A stretch of 64,000 nt of DNA from Lytechinus pictus (GCF_037042905.1 NC_087256.1:31930001-31994000), one strand, 5' to 3'. Shown: positions 39,391-53,174, counted from the stretch's first letter. The notes: a model not told the origin generated them from the sequence alone. A program made the numbers and translations.

Positions 39391-42180
39391 TTAACGCTTT
39401 TTTTAAAATCTCGATTCCTTGGATTAAACTCAATGGTGCTATTTGAACACCTTTTGGTGTAGTCTTAAGTACGTATGATATCAATATTCTACATGCTATC
39501 TTTCATCAGCTTTGCTTCGGACGTACAGCTCCTGCTCCTTTCTGGGTCAACGATATTTAAGGTTGGCAAAGGGGTATTTTGGATACATATATCTATAAAA
39601 ACAAGGGAAATACCACATGTAAATGGGTTTGCCAGGTTATCTTCTAGATTACAGTAGAAAATAATAATTCAAAGATAATTTTCATATTGTGGGTATTTGT
39701 GACGTGATCACACCGAAATAATTATTATAATAAATCACTGAATATTACAGACAATATGAAAAATAAACACAAGTAGAGCTGAGATTCCTGAAAGTGCAAA
39801 CTAGTTGCCCTGAATGGTTCTTCATATATGATATACACATGACTGCCAACGAAATAATTTCACTAATGTACCCAAATTCATCACCTGGGTTGAGAGTGGC
39901 TGATAGGAATTTGTTTTCCTTCCTCATGCAAGGTCCAGAGATATCAACACCTCTAAAACAGTGACAGAATTTCCACAGTTCAAGCTGGGCTTGTTACCTC
40001 TTGATGCGCACATAAAAATCAAATTAATGGCTCGTATATGTCCGACTGAGCCCTTTCTCGTTTTTCATCTCTTTCAAAATTGCACTCCAAATTGTGTTAT
40101 TAGCTTATCTGTATACGTTAAGGATGAATTAGTGTCCCGTGATGTCATCGCGCTCTGTTTTTCTACCTCCGAAATGCGCTCGTATTTCTATCCCCATTCC
40201 AGAGGTGATCAAGCCCAAGATTTATCTGCCCGGCTTCGAAAGGGACAATGAGCGTCTTTTAAACCATGGAATGCAGACTCTTTTAAAAACGTGTAAATCT
40301 TCTTCAAACATTTGCTACGTCTCAAATATGTCGGATGGATGTTGGTCAAGGGGGAGTGAGAAAGAGAAAAGGAAGAAATTGAGAAGAGATTCAAGTCCAA
40401 AGTTCCGGTGACGATTTATGGTGCTTGGCATTCGGTAGAGCAAAATTTGTTGACTTACCATTCATGTGTATACAGTTGTGATATATATCATTAGCTCGGT
40501 TTAAAGACCATACCATATCACAGAGTGTAAAGACCAGTTCAATGGCATAACGTGCGGGGAGGGGGCAGGGGGGTTGGAGTCTGTCCCACTGGCGGATTTC
40601 GCTGGGAGAATAAAAAAAAAAAACGTGAAATATGAAAAGGAAAGGGTAAGAAGAAAAATTATTAGAATCAGGAAAAGAAGTTAGAACTGAATAAGCGAAT
40701 AGACTATGGGAAAGGCAAAATTGGAAAATGAAGGAATGGGAAAACATTAAAATAACAAGTATGCCTACTTAAAAAATGGGAAGAAACAATGAAAGTGGGA
40801 AGAAAAGGAGAGGAAAGGACACACAGAGGATTGACAATGATTAAAAAAAGGAAAGCAAAGCTAGAACACGTAGAATGGTGTAGGCAAAAAGATAACGAAT
40901 TAATGTGTAAAAGGGAGCTAATGAACTTTAAAAAAATGAAAAGATAGACAGAAAACTGGAAAAGAAGGGAAACAGAGGAAAAATTGATCAAGAAAGGGCA
41001 AGTGAGCAATATGATATTCAGGGTTACAAAAAGTGCCAAGAAAGTCCATTTTTTGTTAGGTCGTAATATAAAATTTCTTTAGCTCGCGCTTCTCGCTCGC
41101 GTTGTTCATTAATTTGGTAAGATATGACTTACATTCATAGTTTATTTCAAATTGTGTATATCTTGCAGCTACTGGCTGGAACATCAAAATCCATAACAAA
41201 ATGTAACATGAATAATCAAAGATAAAAGTAATTAGAAATAAATAAATACAAAATCCATGGAGAGAAACTACCACTCTGCTAGGATCGAAAGCTTAGGCCC
41301 CTTTTGACTCTCTAATTTACTCCATTGGCTCTCTTTTATTAGATAAGCAGTTTTCAGCAGCTTTTTTCTGATATTGATTTTAAGTTAGGATTGTGAACGA
41401 ATTCGGAATGGAAACTAAAGTTAATCCCTTAAAATATCCTGATTATTTCTAGAAAATATTTAGGAATAGTAAATTTTCTACATGTCAAGTAAATCGAAAT
41501 TTTAAATATAAATCAGTTGTTTTGTGAATTAAGCAAAGTTGTGACATAAAAATCGACATTATTATCATTTTTCTTCCATATTGTTAAACAAGACAACAAC
41601 AAAAAACAATATCACTTAAATGTGTACTCTTACGGATTCAAAATTTATCAAGCTATAATTTGAAAAGTAATTATAAGAAAAACTAGTAAATATATTATTT
41701 ACAAATAGAATTTAATTTCCGTATTTTCCAAAATCAATTAGTACAAAAACAGATTTCATTACAATAAAAATAACGTTTCATTCTCCGCTAAGAATAATAA
41801 CTGCACAAGAATTACATGGCGTTGCTGACATTGGAAATATTGCACAAGAGTTTATATTGATATCCATTAGAATTATTTACATACATGACAATTAATTGGT
41901 TTTAAGATTTCATGCTTTCATTAAATAACCTTATCAAAGCTCGTTCTTATGTTTGTTAGTAGCTGTGGTGTCGCTGACCAACCAAAAGGTGGAACACTCT
42001 TTTTTTTAATTCTCTCAACCTTATCACATTCTCTTCATGAGTCACTGCAATTATTAGGTTCCTTTTCAGGTCAGTATATTGTTAAATTTAGCTCGCGCTT
42101 CGCGCTCTCTTTCATTGTGTTGTCTTTGTTTTTAAGGCACCCGATAGGGAAAAATGGTGATGGCGCTGCTCACCTATAGG

Positions 42181-43045
42181 CAGTGGCGTAGACAGGTTCG
42201 TACACCTGGGGGGGGATGAATGGGCTGCCAACGCTAGTGAGGGCGCGAAGCGCCCGAGCGAGGGAGCGAAGCGACCGAGCGGGGGGGGGGGAGGGTGTGG
42301 GAGGGGGGTGTCCCCCCTCCCACGGTAGGGAGCTTTTGCAATTTTGAACTTGAAATCGTGCAATCTGATGCATACTTAATGAGGTAAAATAACACACACA
42401 AGCGCGCACGCACACATACACATACTCACACACCATCACACACACACACGTGCGCGCACCACACACATACTACGCCTTGAATGGACAGACATACATCGAC
42501 AAGATCTACACACCGTGGCATACGAATACAGAATGGACTGACACATAGTATTGCATATTGAACCACACTACGTATTTATTTATCTCTGTGAATTTTGCTG
42601 TTACACCTCTTCAGAAAAACGCAAAACTCGTGGTTATCTTTTGGTTTCCACACCACGAGATTGCGCGCACTGCAAAATATGCGCGATTAATCCTGTGGTT
42701 ATCTTGTGGTTTCCAAACCACAAGATAACCACAAAATACTTGTAAGATTTTCTTTTTTTCACCGTCTAAATTGGCTTTCACCGTGTGAATGCGGCTAATA
42801 ACAATAAACACAATTACAATAATGATAAGGATTATTATTATCATCATCATAATTATTATTATTATTAATATTATAATTGTTATCATTATTATTATTACTA
42901 TTATTATCATCTTTATGACTTATTAAGTAACCAAATATCATTCCCCAAAACCTGGGGGGATGATTGTACATGCCATCCCCCCACCTTGTGAGGTGGGGGG
43001 GGGGGGATGCATCCCCCTCATCCCCCCCCGTTGTCTACGCCCCTG
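42181..43045. mobile_element. Non-autonomous hAT-like transposon with 8-bp TSD
   Basis: TIR CAGTGGCGTAGAC/GTCTACGCCCCTG. Palindromic TSD CCTATAGG at 42173-42180 and 43046-43053. Contains (CA)n, (ATT)n and an internal hairpin. Confidence 0.95.
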
Positions 43046-44581
43046 CCTATAGGTAAAGTTTTATGCTGGTGTGATTTAATGTGTAAAGTCTCTTTAGGTA
43101 TATGTACATTATTTTCAGGTTTGTAAGCTTTGGCTAAGTCTCCAAGGCTTTCGGCCCCGTACCGCGGTAGGGGTTCTCCGGGGGGGTTCTCCACCTAAAA
43201 ACTGCAAATGACTTTATTACGGGACCTCTTATGGACCCTACCTGCATTAAGCATTACGTTGAAGCGATGTGTTATGTAAAATCTACATCCGTGCTAAATC
43301 TTGTTAAAAATAGGGGCCTTTAAAATGGCTAAATCTCGATTTCATCTGGAGGCTTCCTCCGGACCCTCGAAAATTCAACCCTGGACACCATCAACGTAGA
43401 GCTTCACTAACCGCTAACTCGCGTCCCGTGTGGTGTGTGCTATGCGCACAACCAATACTAAACTCCTGATCACACCATCCACTGATCGAGAATTTTCGGC
43501 TTTTGCCCCCTGACAATCGATCCTATCCTATCCTGGACCCGTTCATACTCATCATTAAAATAATTTTAAAGGTTGCTGATGAAAGCTGGGTTTGAAATTA
43601 ATACTTTTTTGATATGTTGTATAATTATGCAGTCAGGAAATCAAGTTTTTTTTTAAAATTATATCATTAATGGCAGCCCAGTCGATGCTACATTATACAT
43701 ATAACATTAAAGATATTTTTAATATAAAATCTTTATGCCACTTATTCATTTATTCAAAGGAACATGCATTAACAAGCTTACAGGAGGTTCCCATTTCATG
43801 TCACTATATTTCATCATAATGCGCATTGCTTTGTAATTTCAATGTTGAAAATTTGAAATGAAATAAATTCTTGTATCAATCAATCCATCCTTCAATCAAT
43901 CAATCAATCAATTAATCAAGTAGAATGAATAAGTTAAGTAATCTTAAAGTGAAAAATATTTAGGTGAATAGAAATGAATTTATGGGAACATCATTGGCAT
44001 CTGCCAATATTCTGTTCAAACTAAAATACAAACATGACAAAGTATACAAAACATACAAAATATATATACAATTCGACGAACATTTGAGGAAAAGCAAAAT
44101 AACAATAATAAGGGGTATTGTACATTGCTCTTATAAATCCTTCGGATGGTGACTTTAAAGGTTGGTTCCTTGACGTATATCTGAATGATACATATCTGAA
44201 AGAAACCAAAACACAAATCACAAATGGCGGAAACGATGATCACTTCAACTTTTCACCTTTCTTCATAGTTTTAAAAGCTAATTTGTATTTTCTCAGTACT
44301 TTACTACGTCTATACTGCGCTTCTGTTTCAGTTCCATTGCTTCTACAACTACACCATACACGCCCTCTCTTTATAAAGCTGCAATGTCTTACTGTTAATG
44401 ATGTCCATTTCTTTCAAACTTCCCTTTTCATATATCGATTTAATGCTAGAATGTTACCTACCTGCTTTTCCACTCTGTTTCAACAAAATAATGCTATTCA
44501 TGACAAGCATCTAATATGCATATATGTATAACCCTCGTACGCGGCTGTTGGCTCACAAATCTATCAGACATAATGGTCCAG

Positions 44582-44727
44582 GGGCCCGTTGCGGAAAGAG
44601 TTGCAATCAATTGCAACTCTAATGATCTTGCGCAATGTGATTTTCAACCAATCAACAGCGCGCATTTGGGACTTGCGATTGATTTTGGACTTGCGTTTAA
44701 ACGAAACTCTTTTTCTGCAACGGACCC
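44582..44727. mobile_element. Harbinger-like MITE with CAG TSD
   Basis: CAG|GGGCCCGTTGCGGAAA ... TTTCTGCAACGGACCC|CAG. Confidence 0.85.
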
Positions 44728-47700
44728 CAGATGTTTGGAATTCCCTATAAAGGCCTACCTACTAGTACTAGGAATGTATTATCAGTGCATTACTTCAAAA
44801 GTGCTGTTAAACGCATACTTGTCTTTAAGATGTAATTCTCTAGCAAGACAAATATGTGTTGTACTGGATATTTTTAACTTAAAGATTAATATAATTTCAA
44901 AGTATTATTACGCCTCACACACTCTTTGTAAATATTTGTAAAAAGTTGTGGCATATAATGATTTGTTTCTTTTTTTCTTTGTTTAATCATTAGCTAGTTT
45001 CGGTAACAAAATATTTATGTATGTACTTCATACATACCCAAATGTGTGACAACGGCTCAAGCATCTGCTTATATTGTCATACCACTGCATGTTTGCAACC
45101 TGGGTATAATCAGTTATGTAAATGATCATAATTATGCATCTTTTTATGTAAAAAGTAATTATTTACTTTCGTGATGGTCATATATACTATGTACATTGTC
45201 ATGACATGCAGAAACGAATAAAAAAAATACTGCTTCTAATATTGTTGCTACTGATATTGATGTTGTTGCTGCTGCTGATACCGTTGATGTTGTTGTTACA
45301 ATAATACTAATCAAACTACATCTGTTATTATCAATACGCTGTCACTAATAGGCCTACGGAAGTATTTTGTCCAAAACATGAAACATTGAAAACACATACA
45401 ATAATAATACCGAAATTACTACAAGAAATGTAAACAATTCAAAAGAGAGAATATCCTACGTATTAACAATATTTATTTTAGGGGTGAAAATCATCCGAAA
45501 ATGGTACTTGTAAAGGCACACTTCTGTTATGATATTTGTTGGTGACTGCCTGGTAATATTGGCCTGCCCCGCCACCAATCGTTACAAGCAGCCTCCTGAA
45601 CCACATAAGCAACTAACTGCTACCACACCGTCTACCACATAAACCAAATCAATTAGTTGACATGGTTTGTGAGGACGTGATGACCAATCAACCATAAAGT
45701 TCGAGGTTCAAACATCGGACAATAGCAACCATATGAAATATTATTAGCAGTACTCATTTATTAACCATAAAATGGCCTTCATCTCATCATTATCATGATG
45801 ATTTGCGATCATTCTAAAATCATAACGACGCCCATCACAACTCTTAGATTAAAAACTTTGGTACGTAATTAAACTCACTTTTCTACTAAATGGAAGTATA
45901 TGCATTGGCAGCCAAGCAAGTAATGGTTGAAAGAAGAGGAAAGAAATGGCCCTCGTTAAGGCGCAGATTACATCTTTTGTTCAAAATCTGGGACATGTTT
46001 AGATTTTAATTTAGTCGTCATGTATCATTAGATTTTGGAATCTAAGATAAATTGTCTGGGTAGATGAATTCCTGATCTATTCAAATCTCAACTTTGGATA
46101 ATAATCTGCCCAAGGTGAAACTAAACATTAGGTATTTTGTCTTCAAATTGGTTATTTAATCCAGAGGAAAGGAATAGAACAAATGCTTTTGGTAAACGTA
46201 GCGTGAAAATAATTATTACCCGCAAATAATACACATATTGGCGTCTGCTTATGAAGATAATTGTCATTTTGGCCCAGGGGCCAACACGATTTGTACTCGC
46301 TTTATAATATTTTCAATTTCTAATTCTGGACAATAATATTGAAGAGATTGATTTTCTTCAAGGTGCCTTGTGATATGATATCTACAGTAGTCTACGTTGA
46401 TACTTTCGGTTAACATTTTAATTATTTTTCAGACACATATATATAAGCCCATGTGTTCGACTTGTAAATTGATATAATTAATTTGAACTATATATTATGT
46501 AAATTATGATTATAACTAGATATGATTCAAAGCAAAATCAATATTTTAGAAATCACCAATATGAAGCTACATGAACATATAAATAAATTGAAATGAATCA
46601 ATTGTTATCTATGATGGAAACTCATTGAAAAAATCATTAATTGTCAAAAGCAGAATATTATGTTTTAGAGGAAAAAAAGTAATCTTCACAATAGTCTGTT
46701 TTATGTTTGTTTTTCCAAGTACATTCTATTAAATTTCGGTTTGGTTCCATACTGCAATAGAAATTACTATATTATTTTCTTTAGTTGTCAGATTATCATG
46801 AAATATTACAAGTAGTTTGAAAGTCACATTGAGCATGTTTTTAAATGCCCCTTTATATGAATTAATCAAATTGTGACACGGCTTACGTAACCTTGAACGA
46901 TGCAAAAGTAAATAGTTACTATTCAAAAACAAGCTTGCGTATTCTTTATCCGAATTGTTCTCATTTCGAATCGAATAATACCTTTTTGGTAAGCAATCCT
47001 TTACTATTGGTTATTTCATGATGATTTCATAAGAAATATATTTTCCACGTTGTTTGCAAAATATTTCTATGGATAGAGCAATTTAATATTAGTGACAATC
47101 AATCTGATATTCTATCCTTACAATTTATCATTGTGGTAAGATGTTGAGAAGAAGCATTTATTAATATAATCATTATCTATTTATTTTTTGAATTTACATG
47201 TATACAAACAATATGGCGGTTGACGAATTGAATGATTTTAATGACTTTTCAAATCGACGGAGGTCATCTATGTGCCAAATAAATGCACGAACTCAAATTT
47301 AGGAAAAAAGGGTACATAATACAGTGTAGTAGGGAAATGCTGGACTGATGATTTATTTGAAAATGAAACTTAAACGAAACAACACAATAATACATTAAAA
47401 AAAATACAACGCATATGTACATATATGTTTAACACAGACGTTGGATTAACCCGATGGATAAACATAAATGTAAAATTAAAAGAAATATATCATAACATTA
47501 AAAAGTTAAAGAAATATACGTTGGTGGTTATGTGGACAGTGTAATATGAATGAAATTTTACTTTAGACTTCACAAAATATCGTTTTTATATGATAGTTCA
47601 TAGTAATATCACATGGTTCAATATACGAATTTATTACTTATAAGGTTGATTTTTTATGTTTTCACAGAATGAAAAATAAAATGGCAAAATAGAGTCACTT

Positions 47701-48446
47701 GTTTAGTTGTTTGGTTTTGATTTTAAATGCAAGAATTTTACACATTTCTTAGTCAGCATACATGAATAAAAATCGATTTTTTTTTATATAATCATTTGTA
47801 GATATTGTCGTTTTTCTGTATATGTTTGATTGCTCAGCCTAACGAAGAAATATAATATAAAAAAGGAGTAATATTCAGTGTCAGTAATTATAAAAATATC
47901 TCGTGCAGTGAGTATTATAATGAGGAAAAGAAGAAAAAGTCGTGTAAATATTAAGCTCATTTTTGCGGCAATATTGGAGCTTGCTCTTGTCTTATATACG
48001 CTTCACATCCACAAAGCATGTGTATTGGCAATCCAGATTTCATCTAGAGTTCGGTGTCTTTGCCAACTGATGAAAAATATCACCCCCAAATCTTTGTATC
48101 AAATTAGGAGATGTGCCAATGAATTAACAAATGGGTTTAAACAGAAAAGCTACCAAGGCAGGCAGCCGTGCACGGAAGGGAGTGCCAAAGCGGGGCTCGG
48201 GAAACAGCCAGGCCAGCCCTTCCGGGCGAATGATGGACAGCTCCCGGGTGCAGCCTCGACGGGTATCACCCCAGGCGATGTATCGTGATGGCCCGCTGCA
48301 AGTGAGTTTTATGGGACAGACCCTGAAGGCTCATCATTGTCACAATGAATATAAATATCCTTTCCAGCGCTCACAATTGAAAGATTATTACTTTTCTTTC
48401 TGTAAAGCTTCCCCTTCCTTTTCAATTCATCATTCAAACAATTATA

Positions 48447-50283
48447 GGGTGCGTTTATCCGCCACTTTTTCACCCTAGAATCATGATCTGAATCATGATT
48501 CAAATCACGATTCTGCAGAATCACGATTGCGTTTAGTCGAAATTGAATATAATCATGATTAGAATCACAAACATGAACTACGAAAAAAGGGGCGTTTGGA
48601 AAGACGTTTGTACAGAATCACGTATGAAAATGTTCGAATAAACGATATCGTGATTTGAATCATGATTATATGACCTCACTGTGTCGGGCTACTTTCGGTT
48701 TGACTCTTGCCAAGCTCAAGGCTCTCTATATGCTCATTGTATGTACATGGTTACTCTGCATGCATTTCTTGTCATGTTCAAGTTCTGTGTTGGTAATTGC
48801 ATCGTCCACTACTTTTCATTTTTTGGTCATGTCTTCAACTTCAAGTTCTAGTGAATGAATTAACTGGACAGACAATGATCTCAGTTGTTGTTGAGTATAG
48901 AGTGTTAATATTAAATTGGATCTACGCTGAAATTCACTTCCGAACACCATTTTGGATAAACTAACAAGATGAATAGAACGTACCGGACATCTACCCCCTG
49001 GACATCCACCCCCCGGACATCCACCACCCGGACATCCACCCCCCGGACATCCACCCCCTTAGGACAAGTACCCCCTAGGACATCTACCCCCCGGACATTT
49101 ACCCCCCGGACATCCACCACCCGGAAATCCACCACCCGGACATCCACCCCCCGGACATCCACCCCCCGGACATCCACCCCCCGGACATCCACCCCCCGGA
49201 CATCTACCCTCCGGACATCTACCCCCCGGACATCTACCCCCCGGACATCTACCCCCCGGACATCTACCCCCCGGACAATTACCCCCGGACATCTACCCCC
49301 TAGGACAAGTACCCCCCGGACATCTACCCTCCGGACATCTACCCCCCGGACATCTACCCCCCGGACATCTACCCCCCGGACATCTACCCCCCGGACATTT
49401 ACCCCCCGTATCCAAAATATCCGTGAGTAGATGCCCGGGGGTAGCATGTCTGGGGGGGGGGGGTAAATGTCCGGGGGGTAAATGTCCGGGGGGTAGATGT
49501 CCGGGGGGTAGATGTCCTAGGGGGTACTTGTCCTGGGGGTAGATGTCCGGGGGGTAATTGTCCGGGGGGTAGATGTCCGGGGGGTAAATGTCCGGGGGTA
49601 GATGTCCGGGGGGTAGATGTCCGGGGGGTAATTGTCCGGGGGGTAGATGTCCGGGGGGTGGATGTCCGGGTGGTAGATGTCCGGGGGGTAGATGTCCGGG
49701 GGGTAGATGTCCGGGGGGTACTTGTCCGGGGGGTAAATGTCCGGGGGGTAGATGTCCTAGGGGGTACTTGTCCTAGGGGGTAGATGTCCTAAGGGGGTGG
49801 ATGTCCGGGGGGTAGATGTCCGGGGGGTAGATGTCCGGGGGGTACTTGTCCGGGGGGTAAATGTCCGGGGGGTAGATGTCCTAGGGGGTACTTGTCCTAG
49901 GGGGTAGATGTCCTAAGGGGGTGGATGTCCGGGGGGTGGATGTCCGGGTGGTAGATGTCCGGGGGGTGGATGTCCAGGGGGTAGATGTCCTAGAATCGAA
50001 TAGAAGCATATGGACCCTATAGAAGTAAACAAAATTAGGTATAGACTGAATTCTGGAAGCAAAAGATTTTTCGAGAGCCGAAACACGTGCGAAAAACTTC
50101 CTCTGTCAAACTGCGCACTAGTGATGCGCACTGGATTGGCCCGAATCTGAGGAGAAACAGCATTGTAATGAAGGTCGTCTAAACGCTGATTCTGTGACAT
50201 CGTGATTCATGTTTGTGTTTTGAATCATGATTCAAATCATGATTCAAATCATGATTCTGGCTTGAGGTCGCATAAACGCAGCC
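48447..50283. mobile_element. Harbinger-like non-autonomous element (3-bp TSD) hosting a foldback insertion
   Basis: TIR GGGTGCGTTTAT/ATAAACGCAGCC with TSD ATA/ATA. Subterminal 11-bp tandem repeats of the palindrome AATCATGATT at both ends. Confidence 0.88.
48979..49997. mobile_element. Foldback (TU-like) element: inverted arms of 15-bp tandem repeats
   Basis: (GGACATCTACCCCCC)n at 48985-49408, its inverse at ~49428-49990 and a very short spacer. GAATAGAA is duplicated at 48971-48978 and 49998-50005. Confidence 0.92.
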
Positions 50284-50599
50284 ATAGAGTTACGAGTCAT
50301 TTTTTCAATTCTTCTACTTCTATTTGTCTATATTACATTCCCCTTCTTTGTTTCACAAATTAGAATCCAGAGGCTTTTCATTACGTTTTGGGGTTTTAAT
50401 TGTCTTATTATGCAACATTATTTCAGCCTTTTTGTGGCGATAATTTATTCGTCACATTGTTTTGGTTTATCGAACAAATGATATTTACTTCAATAATAAC
50501 ATACATGTATAACTTTCCTCTATATTGGGCTTAAAAATTGGACCGAAGTAATTCACACATGTATTTATTACTAAATATTAGCCTAATAGTCTGTCATCG

Positions 50600-50820
50600 G
50601 ATTCAGACTTGTCCGCAATGTATGCACTTTCTCCACTCCCTGGGAAGCATTCCAGTATCAGTTAGCAAGGCATACTGTAATCACATTGCCGTCACATCCT
50701 ACCAGGTTGTAATTTAACTTCTGGGTTGTGGATTGACGCCTTGCCAAAGGATGCTATAGCATGTGGTGGGATTCGAACCCGCGACCCTCTGATAAGAAGG
50801 CGAGGTTCAGAGACACTACA
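50600..50820 (-). mobile_element. Degenerate tRNA-derived SINE, second family
   Basis: Reverse B box GGGATTCGAACCCGCGACC, followed on the minus strand by CCTTTGGCAAGGC and a diverged core. Confidence 0.7.
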
Positions 50821-50825
50821 CTAAA

Positions 50826-51043
50826 GGGGTGTTGCAAGACAATATTTGCAATCAATCGCAAATATTCTCTAGCAGTTTTACAATGAATAGGTCAATTTTA
50901 TCTGTAGCTAATCAGATTATTCTCCTTGTTTCAAGAAGCAGTTCAGAAATCAATCACACATTTACAATTAATTACAAGACATATGATTGATTTATAGACC
51001 GAAAATAGACTTGTAATTTATAGCAAGTTTCTTGCAACGCCCC
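50826..51043. mobile_element. Harbinger-like MITE
   Basis: TIR GGGGTGTTGCAAG/CTTGCAACGCCCC. Internal TTTGCAATCAATCGCAAA. Confidence 0.7.
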
Positions 51044-52963
51044 AATAGAAGCTCTCAATATACGACGACCCTCTTATTTTTTCTAACGTAATTCGCCATT
51101 ATGTTTTGCCGTTTAATTGCATATTTTTCAATTGAAACTAAAATGGCTATACCACACATAAGGACACAACATAGAACAAAGAAATTAATTCCTAATCGCA
51201 GCCACGTTATAATAAAGCTATTCAAATTCAGTTTAATATATTTTATTTTGGCGTGGATACCTGATGTTTATTTGAGAATTAATTCGTGAAACCAATTTGC
51301 TTAACCTAATTAGTTTGTTACAACTCATTCGGAATTTGAGTATCTGAGACGGACACATACGATGAAATAAAATCTGTCGGAATGGTTGAAGCAGATAACG
51401 TAATATTGATGATTAAACACTTAATCACTGTAACTCAATGGAAAGCAATTGTTGAGTCAAGGATTAATAATCATGATAATGATTATAACAATGTTAGCAA
51501 TAGCGATGCTGATAATGAGGATAGTGATGATGATAATAATCATCATCACTTGATTATCCTTTTTTTTTTACCAAGCTTCTTTTTTTATTTTTGTTACAAT
51601 TGTGTTTGTGTTTTTGTTTTTTTGTTTTGATTTTGTTTGTCTGTTTTTTTATTTTGTTTCTGTTTTGTTTCATCCTCCCTCTTTGGTTTTGTATATAGAT
51701 TTTTGCTTTACTTATTTTTACTTTGTTATGATTTGTTATTCTTTATATTGTTTGTATATTGCACGGCCTCTCTGAATACCAGCCATTGGCTGATCGAGGG
51801 CTTTTTACCGTGTTTAAATGAAATGAAATAAAATAAAATCGAATAATGAATAATGCTAATGATAATTCACTAGTATTTCTGATTGTTTGATGAAAATTGA
51901 TATAGAAATGAAATAAACCAATAAATTCAAAGTCAAATTGAAGCTGAAGATGACAATGGTGGGGGATGATGATTATGATGATCAGATGATGATGATATTA
52001 GTAATGATAATGATAATAAAAATGTTAATTCTCCTCCTCCTCATCATCATCATCGTCATCATCGTCATCATCATCGTCCTTGTCATACTGTTACATACAA
52101 TTTTTCGATGAATTAGGGGGCATTGTGTCCTCATTTTCTTTGCCACAACTGTAGTCATCCAAAAGGGGCGTATCTTTGCGAGTTTAGCGTCCATCGCTAG
52201 CGAAATCGATGTAACTTAACGGCGGGGGGGGGGGGGGGGGGGCTAATGAAAATCGAGGTTGATGAAAGTCGTCACATAAATAACTGACAATGGAGGGTGC
52301 ATAACAGATCATTTCCTGCAAGACGTGTGCGGGATATTCTGTTTTATATGGAATTTAAAAATATATTACCAAGCCATGACACGTGATGGACGCAGACAAG
52401 GACGTACGCCACGTACGAAGAGGTGTGCGTGTAATCTATCTAATAATACTGATGATTTTACACACTGTAATAATGGCTACTTGTTTTTGACCACCGATAA
52501 ACACCCTAGCACAGGAAAAAATAATAATCCAACATGACACCACATGTATATCAATAACAACAAACACAAAAATATCAATTCAAATAAACGTTTCAATTCA
52601 AATAAAAAAAAATATCGAACCTATTATAAATTCATGGTGTTTAATTCATTGATTAACATAATACACAATCCCACCGATGAATTCTTAAATTTAAAACCCT
52701 CTTTAAGTTTCGGCAAATCCCACAAAATATCTCCGTCACTGTTCAAGTTTATCACTACGTTTTTAACTACTATGTGACATGGTGTTGATGCAATTGAGTT
52801 AAATGTATTTTATAATTTGCGATTTTACATGGAAATTTATTTTAGCCGAGATCATGACCGACCGCTCTGTGCTCTTTCGAGTATGACAAAAAATTGAAAG
52901 GGAAAAGAAAGAAGAAAGAGGTGTATAGAAAAGGAGATTTAGGCTATGTATCTCCATATTATA

Positions 52964-53174
52964 CACTGTTAAAATGATTGGTTACTATCAAACGAACCGT
53001 GGGTTAATATGTGTGTGAATAATAAAAATTATCAATATAAACCACGACACTTACTCACTATCAGATTGCATTCTAAAAAATGAAATGTTAAATCAACATT
53101 TGAGTGACAACCTATATATTTATCTTTACATTTACCTTTCAAATGTTGATTTAACATTGCACTTTTATATTGTG
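52964..53174. mobile_element. Degenerate CACTG-type MITE
   Basis: TA|CACTGTTAAAAT start. Inverted pair AATGTTAAATCAACATTTGA/TCAAATGTTGATTTAACATT. Confidence 0.55.

Noticed and set aside
44118-44941. 137-aa and 141-aa ORFs
   Set aside because: No recognisable domain, AT-rich composition, and the second ORF runs through a MITE.
48911-49776. Repetitive ORFs (RGVDV)n, (RTSTP)n, (GGRCP)n
   Set aside because: They are translations of the 15-bp foldback repeat, open in several frames on both strands.
48985-49990. CRISPR-like array
   Set aside because: Contiguous tandem repeats with no unique spacers, no cas genes and a eukaryotic context.
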